Positions 25,443 to 37,630 are shown, counted from the first letter of the stretch. The stretch: DNA of 64,000 bases from Lama glama (GCA_028534125.1 CM052817.1:103418001-103482000), one strand, 5' to 3'. Notes: generated by a model not told the origin, from the letters alone. A program made the numbers and translations.

Positions 25443-25923
25443 ATAAAGATGTGGTATATATGTGTACATATATAATATATATATTATACATACATACATA
25501 CACACACTAAAATATTATTCAGCCATAAAAAGATGAAATCCTTCCATTTGTGACAACATGGATGAAACTTGAGGACACTGTGCCAAATAAAAAAAGTCAG
25601 ACAGAGAAAGATAAATACGGTATCATCTCATTTATATGTGGAATCTAAAAAACTAATAAATGAACAAACAAAAACAAAATAAATGAACAAACCAAACTAG
25701 AACAAACCAAACTAATACAAACACATAGGTACAGAGAACAGAGTAGTGGTTTCCAGAGGGGAAGGAGAGGGCGAAATGGGTGAAGTGGATTAACTGTACA
25801 GTGACTCATAGAAGCTACATTTTCGGTGGTGAGCACTCTGTAGGGTGTACAGAAGTAGAAATATAATGTTGTACATGTGAAACGTATATAATGCTATAAA
25901 TCAGTATTATCTCAGTTAAAAAA
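25443..25923 (+). mobile_element. Older L1 3' end
   Basis: ataaagatgtggtatat...attattcagccataaaaagatgaaatc...tgtggaatctaaaaaa, with a different 3'UTR. Confidence 0.85.
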
Positions 25924-25990
25924 GTAGCCAAATTTCTGTTGAGTTTATTCAGTGAACAGCAACCAAGCATGATAGAAAAGTATAGCATAC

Positions 25991-27196
25991 CCTCATTAGG
26001 AGAAGGAGAAGAATGAAAAGGTGCCTCAACTTCGAGACTGTATTGTTGAAATTTACATGTTCATAGATAACATGTATGTTTCTGAAATTGTTGATTTTTC
26101 TGCAACGCCTTTTGAGAGCAGACGTGTTACGAAATTGCACAATCACGAGAATGACATTTAGGTGTGTTCTCTTTCAGGGTTAACACCCAACAATTTTATT
26201 CAGTCTGTTCATGTGCTTAATTGCCTTCTGTTATTATTTTTTAATGCAAGAAATCCAGGCAGAGATCAGTGAATTGGAGCAATGATGTTTGGCTTGTACT
26301 CCTTCAAATGAGAACAGAGCCTCCTATTTGTGATGAAGTCTACTTTCACCTGCGCTTCCAGTAATCAGCAGAGTGGCAGCTCAGAACATTGTTCACGTAA
26401 ACCAAGCCCGCCAAAATACTATTTTCTAAAATACAAAATGGTTACTAATTACACTGATTGATTTTTTTTCTTATTTTTAAATTTTATTTTTTATTGAAGT
26501 GTAGTTGATTTACAATGTTAGTTTCAGGTGTACAGCAGAGCGATTCAGTTATACATATTAGTACATACATATATTTTTTCAGATTCTTTTCCATTATAGC
26601 TTATTATAAGAAATTGAATATAGTTCCCTGTGCTATACAGTAGGTCCTTATTGTTTATTTTATATATACTATACACTGATTGATTTTAAATATGTATTTT
26701 ATCCACCAAGTGTTTATAAAAAATTACTTTTTTAGATATTTAATATTCATGAGATAATATGCGTGCCATCCTAGTTATAAAAATGAACGGTTAGAATTAC
26801 ATGGGAAAGACTGAATCAAATTGAACCGGGTCTTGTATTCGGAGAACGTTACGGTGGACCACTGCCTTCATGTGGCACTGACTGGAATCGAGGTGTCCAG
26901 ATGCTGAAGGCAGACTTCAAAGCAAGCATTCTCCTGTTCCGATTTTGATCATGCTCACATGTTAAGGCTAGGTACTCTCTTTTCTTTCTTTCTGCGGCTT
27001 TTACCTCTGGTAGTTATGAAGTACCACCGCTCCTCTCCGTACCTGGCCCCCGTAGTCGGCCCATGAGCTGTCAGACCAGCTGCCGAGGGGCTCGAAGAAC
27101 GTGGTTCTATGCGGGCTTAGAACAATGCTGAGTGCCTCCTCGGCTTGTAGTTTTGCTTTCTCACTGTTTTTCCTCTATAGTTCAGTGCGTTTATTT
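25991..27196 (-). pseudogene. Exon 3 (large, heavily decayed, L1-interrupted)
   Basis: Acceptor gtagtatttcag|, donor GAGG|gtatgc; 984 nt without the insertion (phase 1->1, multiple of 3). Protein-like segments: KNSEKAKLQAEEALSIVLSPHRTTFFEPLGSWSDSSWADYGGQVRRG; YFGGLGLREQCSELPLC*LLEAQVKVDFITNRRLCSHLKEYKPNIIAPIH*SLPGFL; CWVLTLKENTPKCHSRDCAIS*HVCSQKALQKNQQFQKHTCYL*TCKFQQYSLEVEAPFHSSPSPNE. Needs at least two compensating frameshifts; a small internal intron cannot be excluded. Confidence 0.7.
26466..26671 (-). mobile_element. Short L1 3' end inserted into pseudogene exon 3
   Basis: Poly-T then ttgaagtgtagttgatttacaatg...ttccctgtgctatacag; perfect 16-bp TSD tacactgattgatttt at 26450-26465 and 26672-26687. 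Confidence 0.93.
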
Positions 27197-27326
27197 CTGA
27201 AATACTACTCATGTATAAATACTGTCAGTTTCACTCCAATCATTTAACTTGTTCTACCACCAATTCCTGAATTTATTTATTTGACATAATTGCTAAATTT
27301 TATCTCCCTGTAAAAGAGGAACTATT

Positions 27327-27460
27327 TTGTTTGTTTTTTGGTTTTGGGGAAGGGGAGGTTATTATGATTATTTATTTATTTAAATGGAGGCACTGTGGAT
27401 TGAACCAGGACCTCGTGCATGCTAGGCATGCACTCAGACACTGAGCTATACCCTCTCCCG
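27327..27460 (-). mobile_element. tRNA-derived SINE
   Basis: ggaggcactgtggattgaaccaggacctcgtgcatgctaggcatgcactcagacactgagctataccctc. Confidence 0.85.
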
Positions 27461-27660
27461 CAAAAAAGATCTATTTTGGATTTACAGTATATTTAAATTT
27501 TTTTCTCTTTGTCTTTTAATTTAGATTTACTTTTCCATACTCTAATATATTTTTCTCAGTTTAATCATGTCTTAGCTTTCTGAATATGTGCTACTTCGGG
27601 TTTGGTGTACTAGGGTTAGGGTCAAACGTTGGCTTATCAATAAATGTAATTTTAACTAAA

Positions 27661-27691
<31 letters not shown>

Positions 27692-28385
27692 TATGAAACG
27701 TCTTAGCTAGTTTTCAATGTAGTTCACTCTATGTAGCATTGTCCCTCTTTCCATAGCATATTCTCTCTTTTTACATGTATCTTTGTACATTTTCATCCCT
27801 TTAAGAAATGAAGCTCACATTTGCAGTTTTAATGTGGAAGTTTAAAAAACTCACATAACTTGGATTGTTCAGTCCTCAGCACTCTTTGTAGACAATACTA
27901 GAAATATGACTGCATTGCAATGACCTTGTAGCATGCTATGTGTTACCTTGGTTTTTTTAACTATCAACAGAGAGTCAAGGTCCTTCTACCAAACTTGGCT
28001 TATGAAATTGGAATTCAGCCCTAAAACCACTGTAATATAGATGAATATGCAAACAGTAACATGTATATAAATAAAAATCAGTTTAAAAGGAGAAAGTTAC
28101 AGAAAGATTGTTTAAAAAGAAATAACTCGGGGAACCAATAGTTTGCTTATGTGCTATTACTGTCTTTAATTAGGTGTTGATTCCACTTATCACACTGGCT
28201 GCCTTTGCAAGGTTTGTGGTTTTGTTCCTGAGGAAATCTCTTCTGGACCCGCATATGTTGGAAGCAATTCCAGAATGCCTGGGCTGATGATCAAAAACCA
28301 ATTTAAAATAATTGTAAGAATTCAAACACTTGGGGAACAACATGGTAATTAGGACGCAGGGTAACTGATGGTGCTTGGTGCTTAC

Positions 28386-28448
28386 CTCTCTTCCGGCTGG
28401 CCTCTATGCATTCAACAGCCAGGTGTTGAATGCAAATATCTTTGCTTT
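28386..28448 (-). pseudogene. Exon 2: (E)SKDICIQHLAVECIEASRKR
   Basis: Strong acceptor tgtgttttttcttctttcgtccag|, strong donor GAG|gtaagc; 63 nt, phase 1->1, open; intron 1 is 101 bp. Confidence 0.85.
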
Positions 28449-28549
28449 CTGGACGAAAGAAGAAAAAACACAAAGTTCCAGGCTTGCCTTGATTTTTCCT
28501 GCTCCAAGACACAGAATCAAACATTTTGAAAAGCTATGGTTCTTTTTAC

Positions 28550-28601
28550 CTGGGAACAATATTGGAGAAAAAAGAAAAAACAAAATGGAGCACCGGAACA
28601 T
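28550..28601 (-). pseudogene. Exon 1 coding part of the decayed gene: MFRCSILFFLFSPILFP, signal-peptide-like
   Basis: ATG with A at -3 (acactATG); 17 codons + 1 nt, then donor CAG|gtaaaa; basic N-region followed by a hydrophobic stretch; no stop. Confidence 0.8.
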
Positions 28602-29378
28602 AGTGTTTACCCACTGCTGGAGGGGAGGAGGCTGCCATCAGAGAAGGCACTTCTCCAGTTACTGCGCTACCAGCAATAATCTCCCGTAAGGAACAAACGG
28701 TAAGTTCTTGTTGTTTTCAGTTTATCTCTGCTTGAGTCCCTTTTGTCCTGCTCTGTTAAGGGGGCTTATGTTTCCGCTTTAGATAGAGTTCTTCTATTTT
28801 ACATTCACTTTAACATGCCATACTGTATACTTTCATACCAAACAGTATGTCTTAATTATGTGATGACCCTAAAATATCAAATTCTTAGAAAGTTTTAAAC
28901 CAGAATGATTCCCTAACACCACCCACCCCCGACCACCGCCCCACCACCACCAACCCAGGGGAGGTCAAGGGTTGGGAGGGGAAAGGGAGGTAAGACCACG
29001 GAATCTAGACAAGCCAGGAGGGAGCTAAGATGAGAGGAACCTGAGCTTGTGGTATGGCCCAGGGACTGGATGTCACCAAGAGGTTGAAGAGTGGGGGTTA
29101 CTTGAGTAACTGAGCTAAAAGGAAGTAGTAGAGTATTTGAAAACAAAATTTCAGAAGTGGGGATATTTTTGAGATTAATATCTTGATCGTGGTCACTGAT
29201 TGTGACCATGGGAAGTGGTGCCGGGGATCAAGTAGTCATTAGAGATGTCTGGGATCCTTTCAGTCTTACATTTTAAATTGTTTATTAATGATGGATAAAA
29301 CAAAGTCATTTATACACCAACGCTGTTTTTTGTATTTGTCTTTGTATCTGATGACCTTACTAAATCTAATTGGCTCTA

Positions 29379-29827
29379 CTCAGCCATAAAAACCGACGAC
29401 GTAACACCATTTGCAGCAACATGGATGCTCCTGGAGAATGTCATTCTAAGTGAAGTAAGCTAGAAAGAGAACGAAAAATACTATATGAGATCGCTCATAT
29501 GTGGAATCTAAAAAACAAAAACAAACAAACAAACAAAAACAAAGCATAAATACAGGACAGAAATAGACTCATGGACAGAGAATACAGACTTGTGGTTACC
29601 GGGGTGGGGGGTAGAGGGTGGGAAGGGATAGACTGGGATTTCAAAATTGTAGAATAGATAAACAAGATTACACTGTATAGCACAGGGAAATATACACAAA
29701 ATGTTATGATAAATCACAGAGAAAAAAATGTGACAATGAGTGTGTATATGTCCGTGAATGACTGAAAAATTGTGCTCTACACTGGAATTTGACACAACAT
29801 TGTAAAATGATTATAAATCAATTAAAA
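29379..29827 (+). mobile_element. Young L1 3' fragment
   Basis: Perfect TSD aaatctaattggctcta at 29362-29378 and 29828-29844; it sits within an older antisense L1 (~29300-30250). Confidence 0.95.
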
Positions 29828-30644
29828 AAATCTAATTGGCTCTAATAGATTCTCTTGGATTGTTTAGGGAGATGATGATATTACTGACAAATAGTGACAG
29901 ATTTGTCTCTGCCCGTCCAATAATCTTACTTACCTTATTCTTCTTGTCTTACTGAACTGGCTAGAATAGCCAGCAAAATGTTGAAGAGTACTAGTTATTA
30001 TCAGGGCCCACCTTGGTCCCTAACTTTAACAGGACTACTTCTACTGTTTCATCACTAAATGTGGTGTTGGCTATGGCTTTCCCGTGTATGTTGTTTATCA
30101 AACTAAGAAGTTTCCTTTTATTCCCAGTGTATTAAGGTTTTTGTTTTATTTCTTGCTATGAAATTGGGAGTGTGTGTTACATGTTATCAAATGCTTTTTC
30201 ATAATTTATGAAGTTAAACATGTTTTCCTCCTGTAATTTCTTATTATAGTGGGCCTTACATTAAAAATGCAGATACTATTTCAATTCAATTTAATAAATA
30301 TTTTTGAGTGCTCACTATATGTACAAATGTGTATATATATACATATATGTATGTGTATATATATCCCTCCCTGTATCAAGTTATATTCTAATGAATCCAT
30401 CTAACTTAGCACTTCTTCTAGGGATTTATGCTGCAGATACATGTTTATATGTACCTAGGTTCAAGGGTATTTTACTGAAACAGTTTTCCACGTTAAAAAA
30501 CATTCAGCAATAGGCGGGTGATAAAGGAATGATGACATATTCATGAATAGAACACTGCATAATTATCAAAGAATGAGGTAAACACATGTGTACTGACATG
30601 AAATGTTCTATAAGATTATTAAGTTTAAAAAGAAGTGCATCATT

Positions 30645-31912
30645 AAAACAGACACATGGATCAATGGAATAGAGTAAAGAGCCCAGAAATAAACCCATGT
30701 TCTTACGGTCAGTTCATCCATGACAAGGAAGGCAAGAATACACAACGAAGAAAAGGCAGTCTCTTCAGTAAGTGGTGCCCAGAAAATTGGACAGCCATCT
30801 GTAAAACAATGAAATTAGAACATTTTCTCATACTATATACAAAAATAAACTCTAATTGGATTAAGACCTAAATATAAGACATGACACCATAAAATTCCTA
30901 GAAGAGAATATAGGTAGAACAATCTTTGACATAAATCATAGCAATGCTTTTTGGATCTGTCTTCTAAAGCAAAGGAAACCAAAGCAAAAATAAACAAATG
31001 GAACCCAATTAAACCTAAAAAGTTTCACACAGCAAAGGAAACCATCAACAAAATGAAAAGACAACCTGCTGAATGAGAGAAAACATGTACAAATGATATG
31101 ACTTATAAGGGGTTAATATCTAAAATATATAAACAGGTCATACAACTCAATATTAAAAAAAATCAATCGAAAATAGGCATAAGAACTGAATAGACATTTA
31201 CAATTGCCGGGAAATGGAAGCAACCTAAGAGTCCATCACCAGACGAATGGATAAAGAAGGTGTGGTATATATGAATATACAGCAGACTACTACTCAGTCA
31301 TTGAAAAGAATGAAATTTTGCCATTTGCAACAACATGGATGGACTCAGATGGCATTATGCAAAGTGAATAAGTCAGATACAGAAAGACAAATACTGTATG
31401 ATATCATTTATATGTGGAATCTAAAAAATAAAACAAACTAGTGAATATAATAAAAAAAAGAAACATACACAGATATGGAGAACAAACCAGTGGTTACAAG
31501 CAGGGAGAAGAAAGGAGGGTGGGCAAGGTAGGGGTAGGGGATTAAGAAATACAAACTACTGTGTATAAAATAAATAAGCTCACAAGGATATAGTGCACAG
31601 CACAGGGAATGTAGACAATGTTTTATAATAATTATAAGTGGAATGTAACCTTTAAAAATTGTGAATCACGGGTGGGGGAGGGTAAAGCTCAGTGGTAGAA
31701 CATGTGCTTAGCATGCATGAGGTCCTGGGTTCAATCCCCAGTACCTCCATTAAAATAAACAAGTACATAAATAAACCTAATTACCTCCCCCAAACAACAA
31801 CAAAAAATAAGATAAATACTTCTTAAAAATTGTGAATCACCCTTTTGTACACCTGAAACTTATATAATCTTGTACATCAACTCTACCTCAACTAAAAAAA
31901 AAATAAAAAAAG
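30645..31912 (+). mobile_element. L1 ORF2/3'UTR fragment with internal deletion and nested SINE
   Basis: ORF 30656..30871 ([13 protein letters not shown]...LFSKWC) is L1 ORF2; the sequence jumps to the ORF2 end near 31200. Confidence 0.92.
31670..31824 (+). mobile_element. tRNA-derived SINE
   Basis: Full head and tail; TSD aaaaattgtgaatcac at 31654-31669 and 31825-31840. Confidence 0.93.
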
Positions 31913-31987
31913 AAGTGTAATTTAGATCTATTGTGTAATGATGTGTATGTCCACGGCATACATGTATAGAAAGAGAAGTGAAGGACA

Positions 31988-32524
31988 CTGATGGTGAATG
32001 TTACGTGTCAACTTGACCGGGCTAAGGGATGACCAGGTGGCTGGTAAAACACTGTTTCTAGGTGTGGCTGTCAGGGTGTCTCTGGAAGAGATTAGCATTC
32101 GGATCAGTGGATGGAGTGAAGAAGATCGCCCTCAGGAAGGTGAGTGGGCATCATCCAACCCATTGCGGGATGACTAGAACAACAAGTTGGAGGGAGGGTG
32201 AATTTGATCTCTCTGTTCAAGTTAAGACATCCACCTTCTCCTGTCCACAGACCTCAGTGCTCCTGGTTCTTGGACTTTTGGACTCAGACTGGAACTTACA
32301 CCATCACCCTGGGACCCCCATTCTCAGGCCTTCAGACTTGGACTGAAGGACAGCACCAGCTTTCCTGTTCTCCAGCTTGCAGATGGCAGATTGCGGGACA
32401 CCTTGGCATCCATAACCACAGGAACCAATTCCTATAATAAATCTCTTCTATCTATATCTCTAGCTCTGTCTATGTATATCCTGTGGGTTCTGTTTCTCTG
32501 GGGACCCCCAACTAAGACAGATAC
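31988..32524 (+). mobile_element. ERVL (MLT2-like) solo LTR
   Basis: tgatggtgaatgttacgtgtcaacttgacc...ggaagagattagcatt...ataataaatctc...ctaagacagataC. Confidence 0.8.
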
Positions 32525-33250
32525 CCACCAAACTGTAACAGTGGCAGTTACCTCTATAGAGGGAACTAGGAAGGGGAGTAGGGGACTAAAAACCCAAAAT
32601 ACTACTCTACAAACTTCTGTATTGTTTGAACCTTTTGCAATGAGAATTTATTTGTGTATAATTTGAGCAGTTTTAAAAAGAGAGAGAGGGAAAAAAACAA
32701 AAGCATGAAACTGCTGTGAAACCAGCAAAATTTTGACAGATGGTCTGTCAGAACTACCAGGAAAAAAATGCAAGCCCTGGGAAAACAACAGAGAAAAAAC
32801 ATCAGGGAAACAGCCTCGGTTAATTAACACTAAGAAAGAAAAGGAAGTGAGGGGTAGAAAGATTATCTAAATAATTGGAATCGAAAAGCAAAGCAGGAGA
32901 TCTGAGAGATCCTGCAGGGCTGTTGACTTGACCACAGCCCATTACATCTGTGATTTATGAAGATCATTTTGTTAAAATGAGAGCATCACACGTCTTTCTT
33001 ACAGGTCTATTTCAGAAAGTCTGGAAGGCATCATTTCATTTTAACACTCAAAAGGAAACCATCATGTGCCAAGAAAGATTTAAATATCTTCAGGGACAAG
33101 AGTCTGGCTTGCCAGCTTTTAAGGAGCCAAAAATTTGCTTGTCATGCTGAACCAAGACGCTGAGCAGAAAACAGATTCTCAGCTAAAAGGCAGGAACCGA
33201 GCACAGTGACATCTGCAAGTCAGGTGTTTTTATTAAGGAGTTTTTTGGTG

Positions 33251-33340
33251 ATTTTTTTTTTAATAGAGGTATCAGGGATTGAACCCAGGACCTCACTCAT
33301 GCTAATCATGTGCTCCACCACTGAGTTATACCCTCCTCCC
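33251..33340 (-). mobile_element. tRNA-derived SINE
   Basis: gggattgaacccaggacctc...ccactgagttataccctc. Confidence 0.85.
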
Positions 33341-34658
33341 AGGAGTTTGGGTTTTTTAAATTAACACTTTTAAATTTACAAAAAATTATTTGATACATGC
33401 TTCTCCAGTCAAAATCAGATCACATCAAAGGGGGGATGGCAGCAGCTTCCTGGAAACTTAGCTGTCCCTGTCACAGGGCTCCCTTGTTCTCCTACATTGC
33501 CTGGAGGTTGATAAAACACTTTCTCATACATTAACTCAGGGGTTCTCACAGCAAATGCAGGGCTGGTCCTTTTGATCTTATTTTATAAGTGGGAAACAGA
33601 TGAAGGGAGTTGCTTCAACAAGGTCACATGAGTGAATGGCAGAGCTGGGATGCAAATCTCTGACTGCTGACTCCAGTGTTCTCCACAGTGACCCCTCAGA
33701 TGGAGATAATTAATGTATTTGAACTTACCTGGAACCAGACTTGTGAATTAGTACAAAAGAAGGAAATCAGATAGTTTGGGATGGAGCTAAAGAACTGGAG
33801 CAGAACATGATATAAAATAAGCTTGGTGAACCGATGTAGAGAGGAGTGAATAAGCAGTGTTGATTTCGCTGGAGAGTTTTTTATTTGTTATGATTTCCAA
33901 ATGCCACTGCAGAACTTTGAAAGGGGAAACGCCATGATGAAAACTGTGTTTAAGGGAAATTATTTGAAGAATTCAGCCTAAGAGGAAATGGGAGAGTGGT
34001 GTACTAGAAGCAAGGAGGGTGGGGCGATACAACAAAAGATGATGAGAATCAGAAATATCAAGCACAGAAAGTTTTTGAGACCCTGGAAAGAAGAGCCATG
34101 CGGACTGTGAATGAAGAATGAAGAAGGGGTCAAAAGATAAAGTCCAAGATTTGATACTAAGTATGCTGGGCTGGTAGTGATGCTAGGAACCAGTGGAGAT
34201 GTTGACAACATGGGTAAAAATGACCCATCCAGTTACTGGCATGTAAAGTCTTAGGTGTCAATAATCAAGAGAAAAATCTCTTATAAGGAGTTAGTAGTAT
34301 AAATTTGGAGAAAAGTGAAAAGTGGGTGCTAGTTCTTTATATCTGAAAGCCATTTATTTAGTTAGGTGGTCATGACAATTGGGAACCTAGAGAATTGCCC
34401 GGGCCTGAGAAACACTGGAGAGGTCCACCTAGTAGCAGCCAGAGAGGGCTCTCCGACCAGCAGGAGAGATGGAGCAGATAGGGAAGGTTTTAGCAACAGA
34501 GCAGTAACCAAAGTAGAAGGAAGAAACAGGAGTCATTTGTCTACCCAACAAGATCTGCAAGCCTGAGGAATACTGCCTCACGGAACATGCCTGGTAAACT
34601 TTGGATTCATAGCAGACATCCTTTTTGCTTTTGCTAACTTCTTTTTTTAAAAAAAAAT

Positions 34659-34744
34659 ATTTTGGAGGTACTGGGGATTGAACCCAGGACCTTGCCCATG
34701 GTAAGTACACTTGACCACGCTTGACCACTAAGCTATACCCACCC
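34659..34744 (-). mobile_element. tRNA-derived SINE
   Basis: ggaggtactggggattgaacccaggacc...ccactaagctataccc. Confidence 0.85.
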
Positions 34745-35788
34745 CGCTTATTAAATGGAGGCAAGTCCTAGGCTGAAAGGCACTCATTCTGGCTGTGAAG
34801 AGGCTATTGGAGAAAGGCAGGGTGTTGGAATTACTTCATTCTAAAGATGATTATAAAAGGGAGAAAAGACAAAGCTGAGGATCAAGTTTGAGAGACAGCC
34901 CACAACCAAAGAACAGGAGAAAGGTTAGTGAAGGAGAGAGGAGAGAACAGGAGGAGGAAAGAAGAGAACAAAGTAGCCCAGATCTCAGGCTGAGGTAAAC
35001 TGAGACAGAAGTGCTGTTAAATGAGCCAGCAGACCAAAAACAAGGAGAATATACGAAAAAAAAAAGATTTCAATTATTCAGTAATCAGGAAATCACTGGT
35101 GATGAGATTTTAGTGGGGATAAATGCCAAGTTGTTGGGAGGAAAGATGGTTAGTAAAGCCATAGGAAAACTGTAACCCAGCAAGACAGTAACATAATGAT
35201 GTCATGACAATTGGTAGGAAAAAAAGATTGAATTTAATTGAAGAAACCTCAAATTAAATGCATAGCATCATGTTAGGTGCAAAAAACAAGTTTTAAGAAG
35301 AAACAGACAAAGGAAATCGAGGGAAAGGTAGGAAACATGGTGGTCCCCAAAAGTCTGATCGGAAAAATCTAGGGCAAAGAAAAATTCAGGGTACAAGTAT
35401 GGCTTTAAAGGGGGATTGGTAATTACTAATCAGGTTCAAGATTGGCAATGACAGTCACATGACACGTAAATGTAAGGTTGGAGTTGGGGGCAGCAAGGTG
35501 AGGGAGAAGGGTCTTATGAGGGGTCTGCAGAAAGTGGTCAGCTGTTGGGGACAGATCAGATCATTTCTAGTGACACGTTGCCTTTGAGTCAAAACAGACC
35601 TGGGTTTGAAATCTGGTCCCAACACCCTCTAGCTGTGTGTAAGCTTAGGGAAGTTGCTTAACTTTTTGGAGCTGTAATTTCCCCTCTAAATTAGCTGTCT
35701 CATAGTGTTATTGTAAGAGTTTTATGAGATAATGCCTTGTAAAAGCAAGCGCCTGCCATTTGGTAAGTACTTAATAAATAGCCAGTAT

Positions 35789-36387
35789 TGTTGGGGGAAA
35801 ATAGGTTCTTGCCTCGCGCAGGAAAGAATTCAAGAGCAAGGCATGGTAAAGTGAAAGCAAGTTTATTTAGAGATACACACTCCGTGGACAGAGTGAGGTC
35901 TGTCTCTCTCAGAAGGGAGAGCGGTTTAGGAGATACACGCTCCGTAGACAGAATGTGGGCCATCTCAGAAAGGCGAGAGGGAGAGAAGCCGAGAGCTGTG
36001 GGATGTTTAGTTTAAAGTAAAAGCAGATACACACTCCATAGAGTGCAGGCTGTCTCGGAAGGCAAGAGAGAGGGACAGAGTGAGAGTGACCACGAGGTGC
36101 ACGGTTGTTAGGTTTTATGGGCTCGGTAATTTCATATGCTAATGAGCAGGATTATTCTAACTACTTTGGGGAAGGGGAGAGGATTTCCAGGAAATGCCCC
36201 CCCTGCCCACTTTTTGATCCTTTATGACCAGCCTAGGCACTGTCATGGCCCTGTGGCTGTGCCATGTGGCTCAAGGACTACAGGAAGTCAAATCTTCTGC
36301 CATCTTGGTACTAACCAGTGTGTCCTGTCCTCAATGGCTGTGTCATTCCTTCAATGGTTGTGCCCTGTCCCCTTCCTTGGCACCTCA
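35789..36387 (-). mobile_element. ERV1-type solo LTR
   Basis: TG...CA termini, 4-bp TSD gtat (35785-35788, 36388-36391), minus-strand AATAAA ~35862, three internal agatacac(a/g)ctcc repeats. Confidence 0.88.
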
Positions 36388-37428
36388 GTATTGTTAATAC
36401 TTAGTGCATAAGGACAGAAACGTGGTTGTGGGGCACAGGGTTGGATGGCATCTGAGGCACTAGGGCACTGTGGTTCTGAGGGAGTGGGGTAAGGAAAGGC
36501 AGAAGTGGAGAAAACTTAGAACCCAACAGTCAGGCAGAGAAGATAGCCTTTGATACGTTCTAGAAGATACCATCAATAGTGCTATCAAAGAGGATCTGTA
36601 CTACTGTGTAGCACAAGGAACTATATTCAGTTTCTTGTAATAACATACAATGGAAAAGAATCTGAAAAGAAAAAATATATATGCATGTATACGTAAAACC
36701 GAGTCACTTTGCTGTACACTAGAGACTAACATTGTAAATCAACTACACGTCAATAAAAAATTTTAAAAAAAGAGGACCCCTCGAAAGCAGCTGAACAGCA
36801 TTTCAATTTTAATATATTTATTATAAAACTAATACATATGAGCTATATACAAAATTAGAAAATCCATAAAATATAAAGACTGAACTTTAAAAGTAAAATT
36901 CATACTTGACTTTGGGAGATAGCCACTATTAAAATGGTGGAGCAATTCCTCACTTTTCTGTTTTCTGTATACATGTGTGTATGAATGTAACAAACTGAAT
37001 CCTAGTTTTTTCACTTGACATTATTTTCTAGTTTTTGTCCAGACTCTAACCTATGGACATTCTTTACTTCATTTATCAAATAGTACATTTATCATTTGTT
37101 CAATATCATGTGTCAGTAGTTCAATGCACTATTGAACATCTGAGAATTATCAATTTTCTCTAAATATGAAGAGCTATTAATATCTGTGCATCAGTTAAAG
37201 CACTTGCATAATAGTCTATTGTGTTGGTAAGCCTTAGTTTACTTAGTCATTTAATTTCATACTTGATATTTTAACTTTTTTTCTTTCTCTTCGATATTTG
37301 TTATTGAAAAAATGTCACACTGAACACATTTGAATGCATGTATTTGTGTGTGTGTTGGGGCGAAATTCCTTTAAAAAAAAACCTTTAAAAAAGAAAACCA
37401 CTTGAAAGGGGGAGAAATAAAACAAACA

Positions 37429-37630
37429 AGGGGGAGAGTAGAGCTCAGTGGTAGAGTGTGTGCTTAGCATGCATGAGGTCCTGGTCCCAGTACCTCCTCT
37501 AAAAATAAATTAAAAAATAAACCTAATTACCTGCTCTCCCCCCAAAAAACTAGAAAAAAGATTATAATAAAATAAATAAATGAATGAATAAATAAATAAA
37601 TACATAAATAAATAAACCTAATTATCCCCA
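37429..37630 (+). mobile_element. tRNA-derived SINE with duplicated tail and (TAAA)n
   Basis: gagtagagctcagtggtagagtgtgtgcttagcatgcatgaggtcctgg; taaacctaatta occurs twice. Confidence 0.85.

Larger units (their letters stand above)
6505..28601 (-). pseudogene. Decayed 8-exon gene for an unidentified, probably secreted, Cys-rich protein of ~930 aa (intron-containing, possibly unitary pseudogene)
   Basis: Exons 28601-28550, 28448-28386, 27196-25991, 22944-22647, 14520-14398, 13451-13349, 10098-9753, 7350-6505. Every intron is GT..AG and junction phases agree (1,1,1,2,2,0,1). Summed coding length is 2815 nt after removing a 222-bp L1 insertion. Stops/frameshifts occur in exons 3-8. Confidence 0.85.

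Noticed and set aside
25949..26146. Glycosyltransferase-like reading (HLNVILVIVQFRNTSALKRR...)
   Set aside because: Superficial resemblance only; this frame does not match the phase needed for exon 4, whereas the Cys-rich frame does.
26796..26948. Plus-strand reading ITWERLNQIEPGLVFGERYGGPLPSCGTDWNRGVQMLKADFK as an exon
   Set aside because: Poor acceptor, no canonical donor before the stop and no partner exons on +; better explained as the antisense shadow of minus-strand exon 3.
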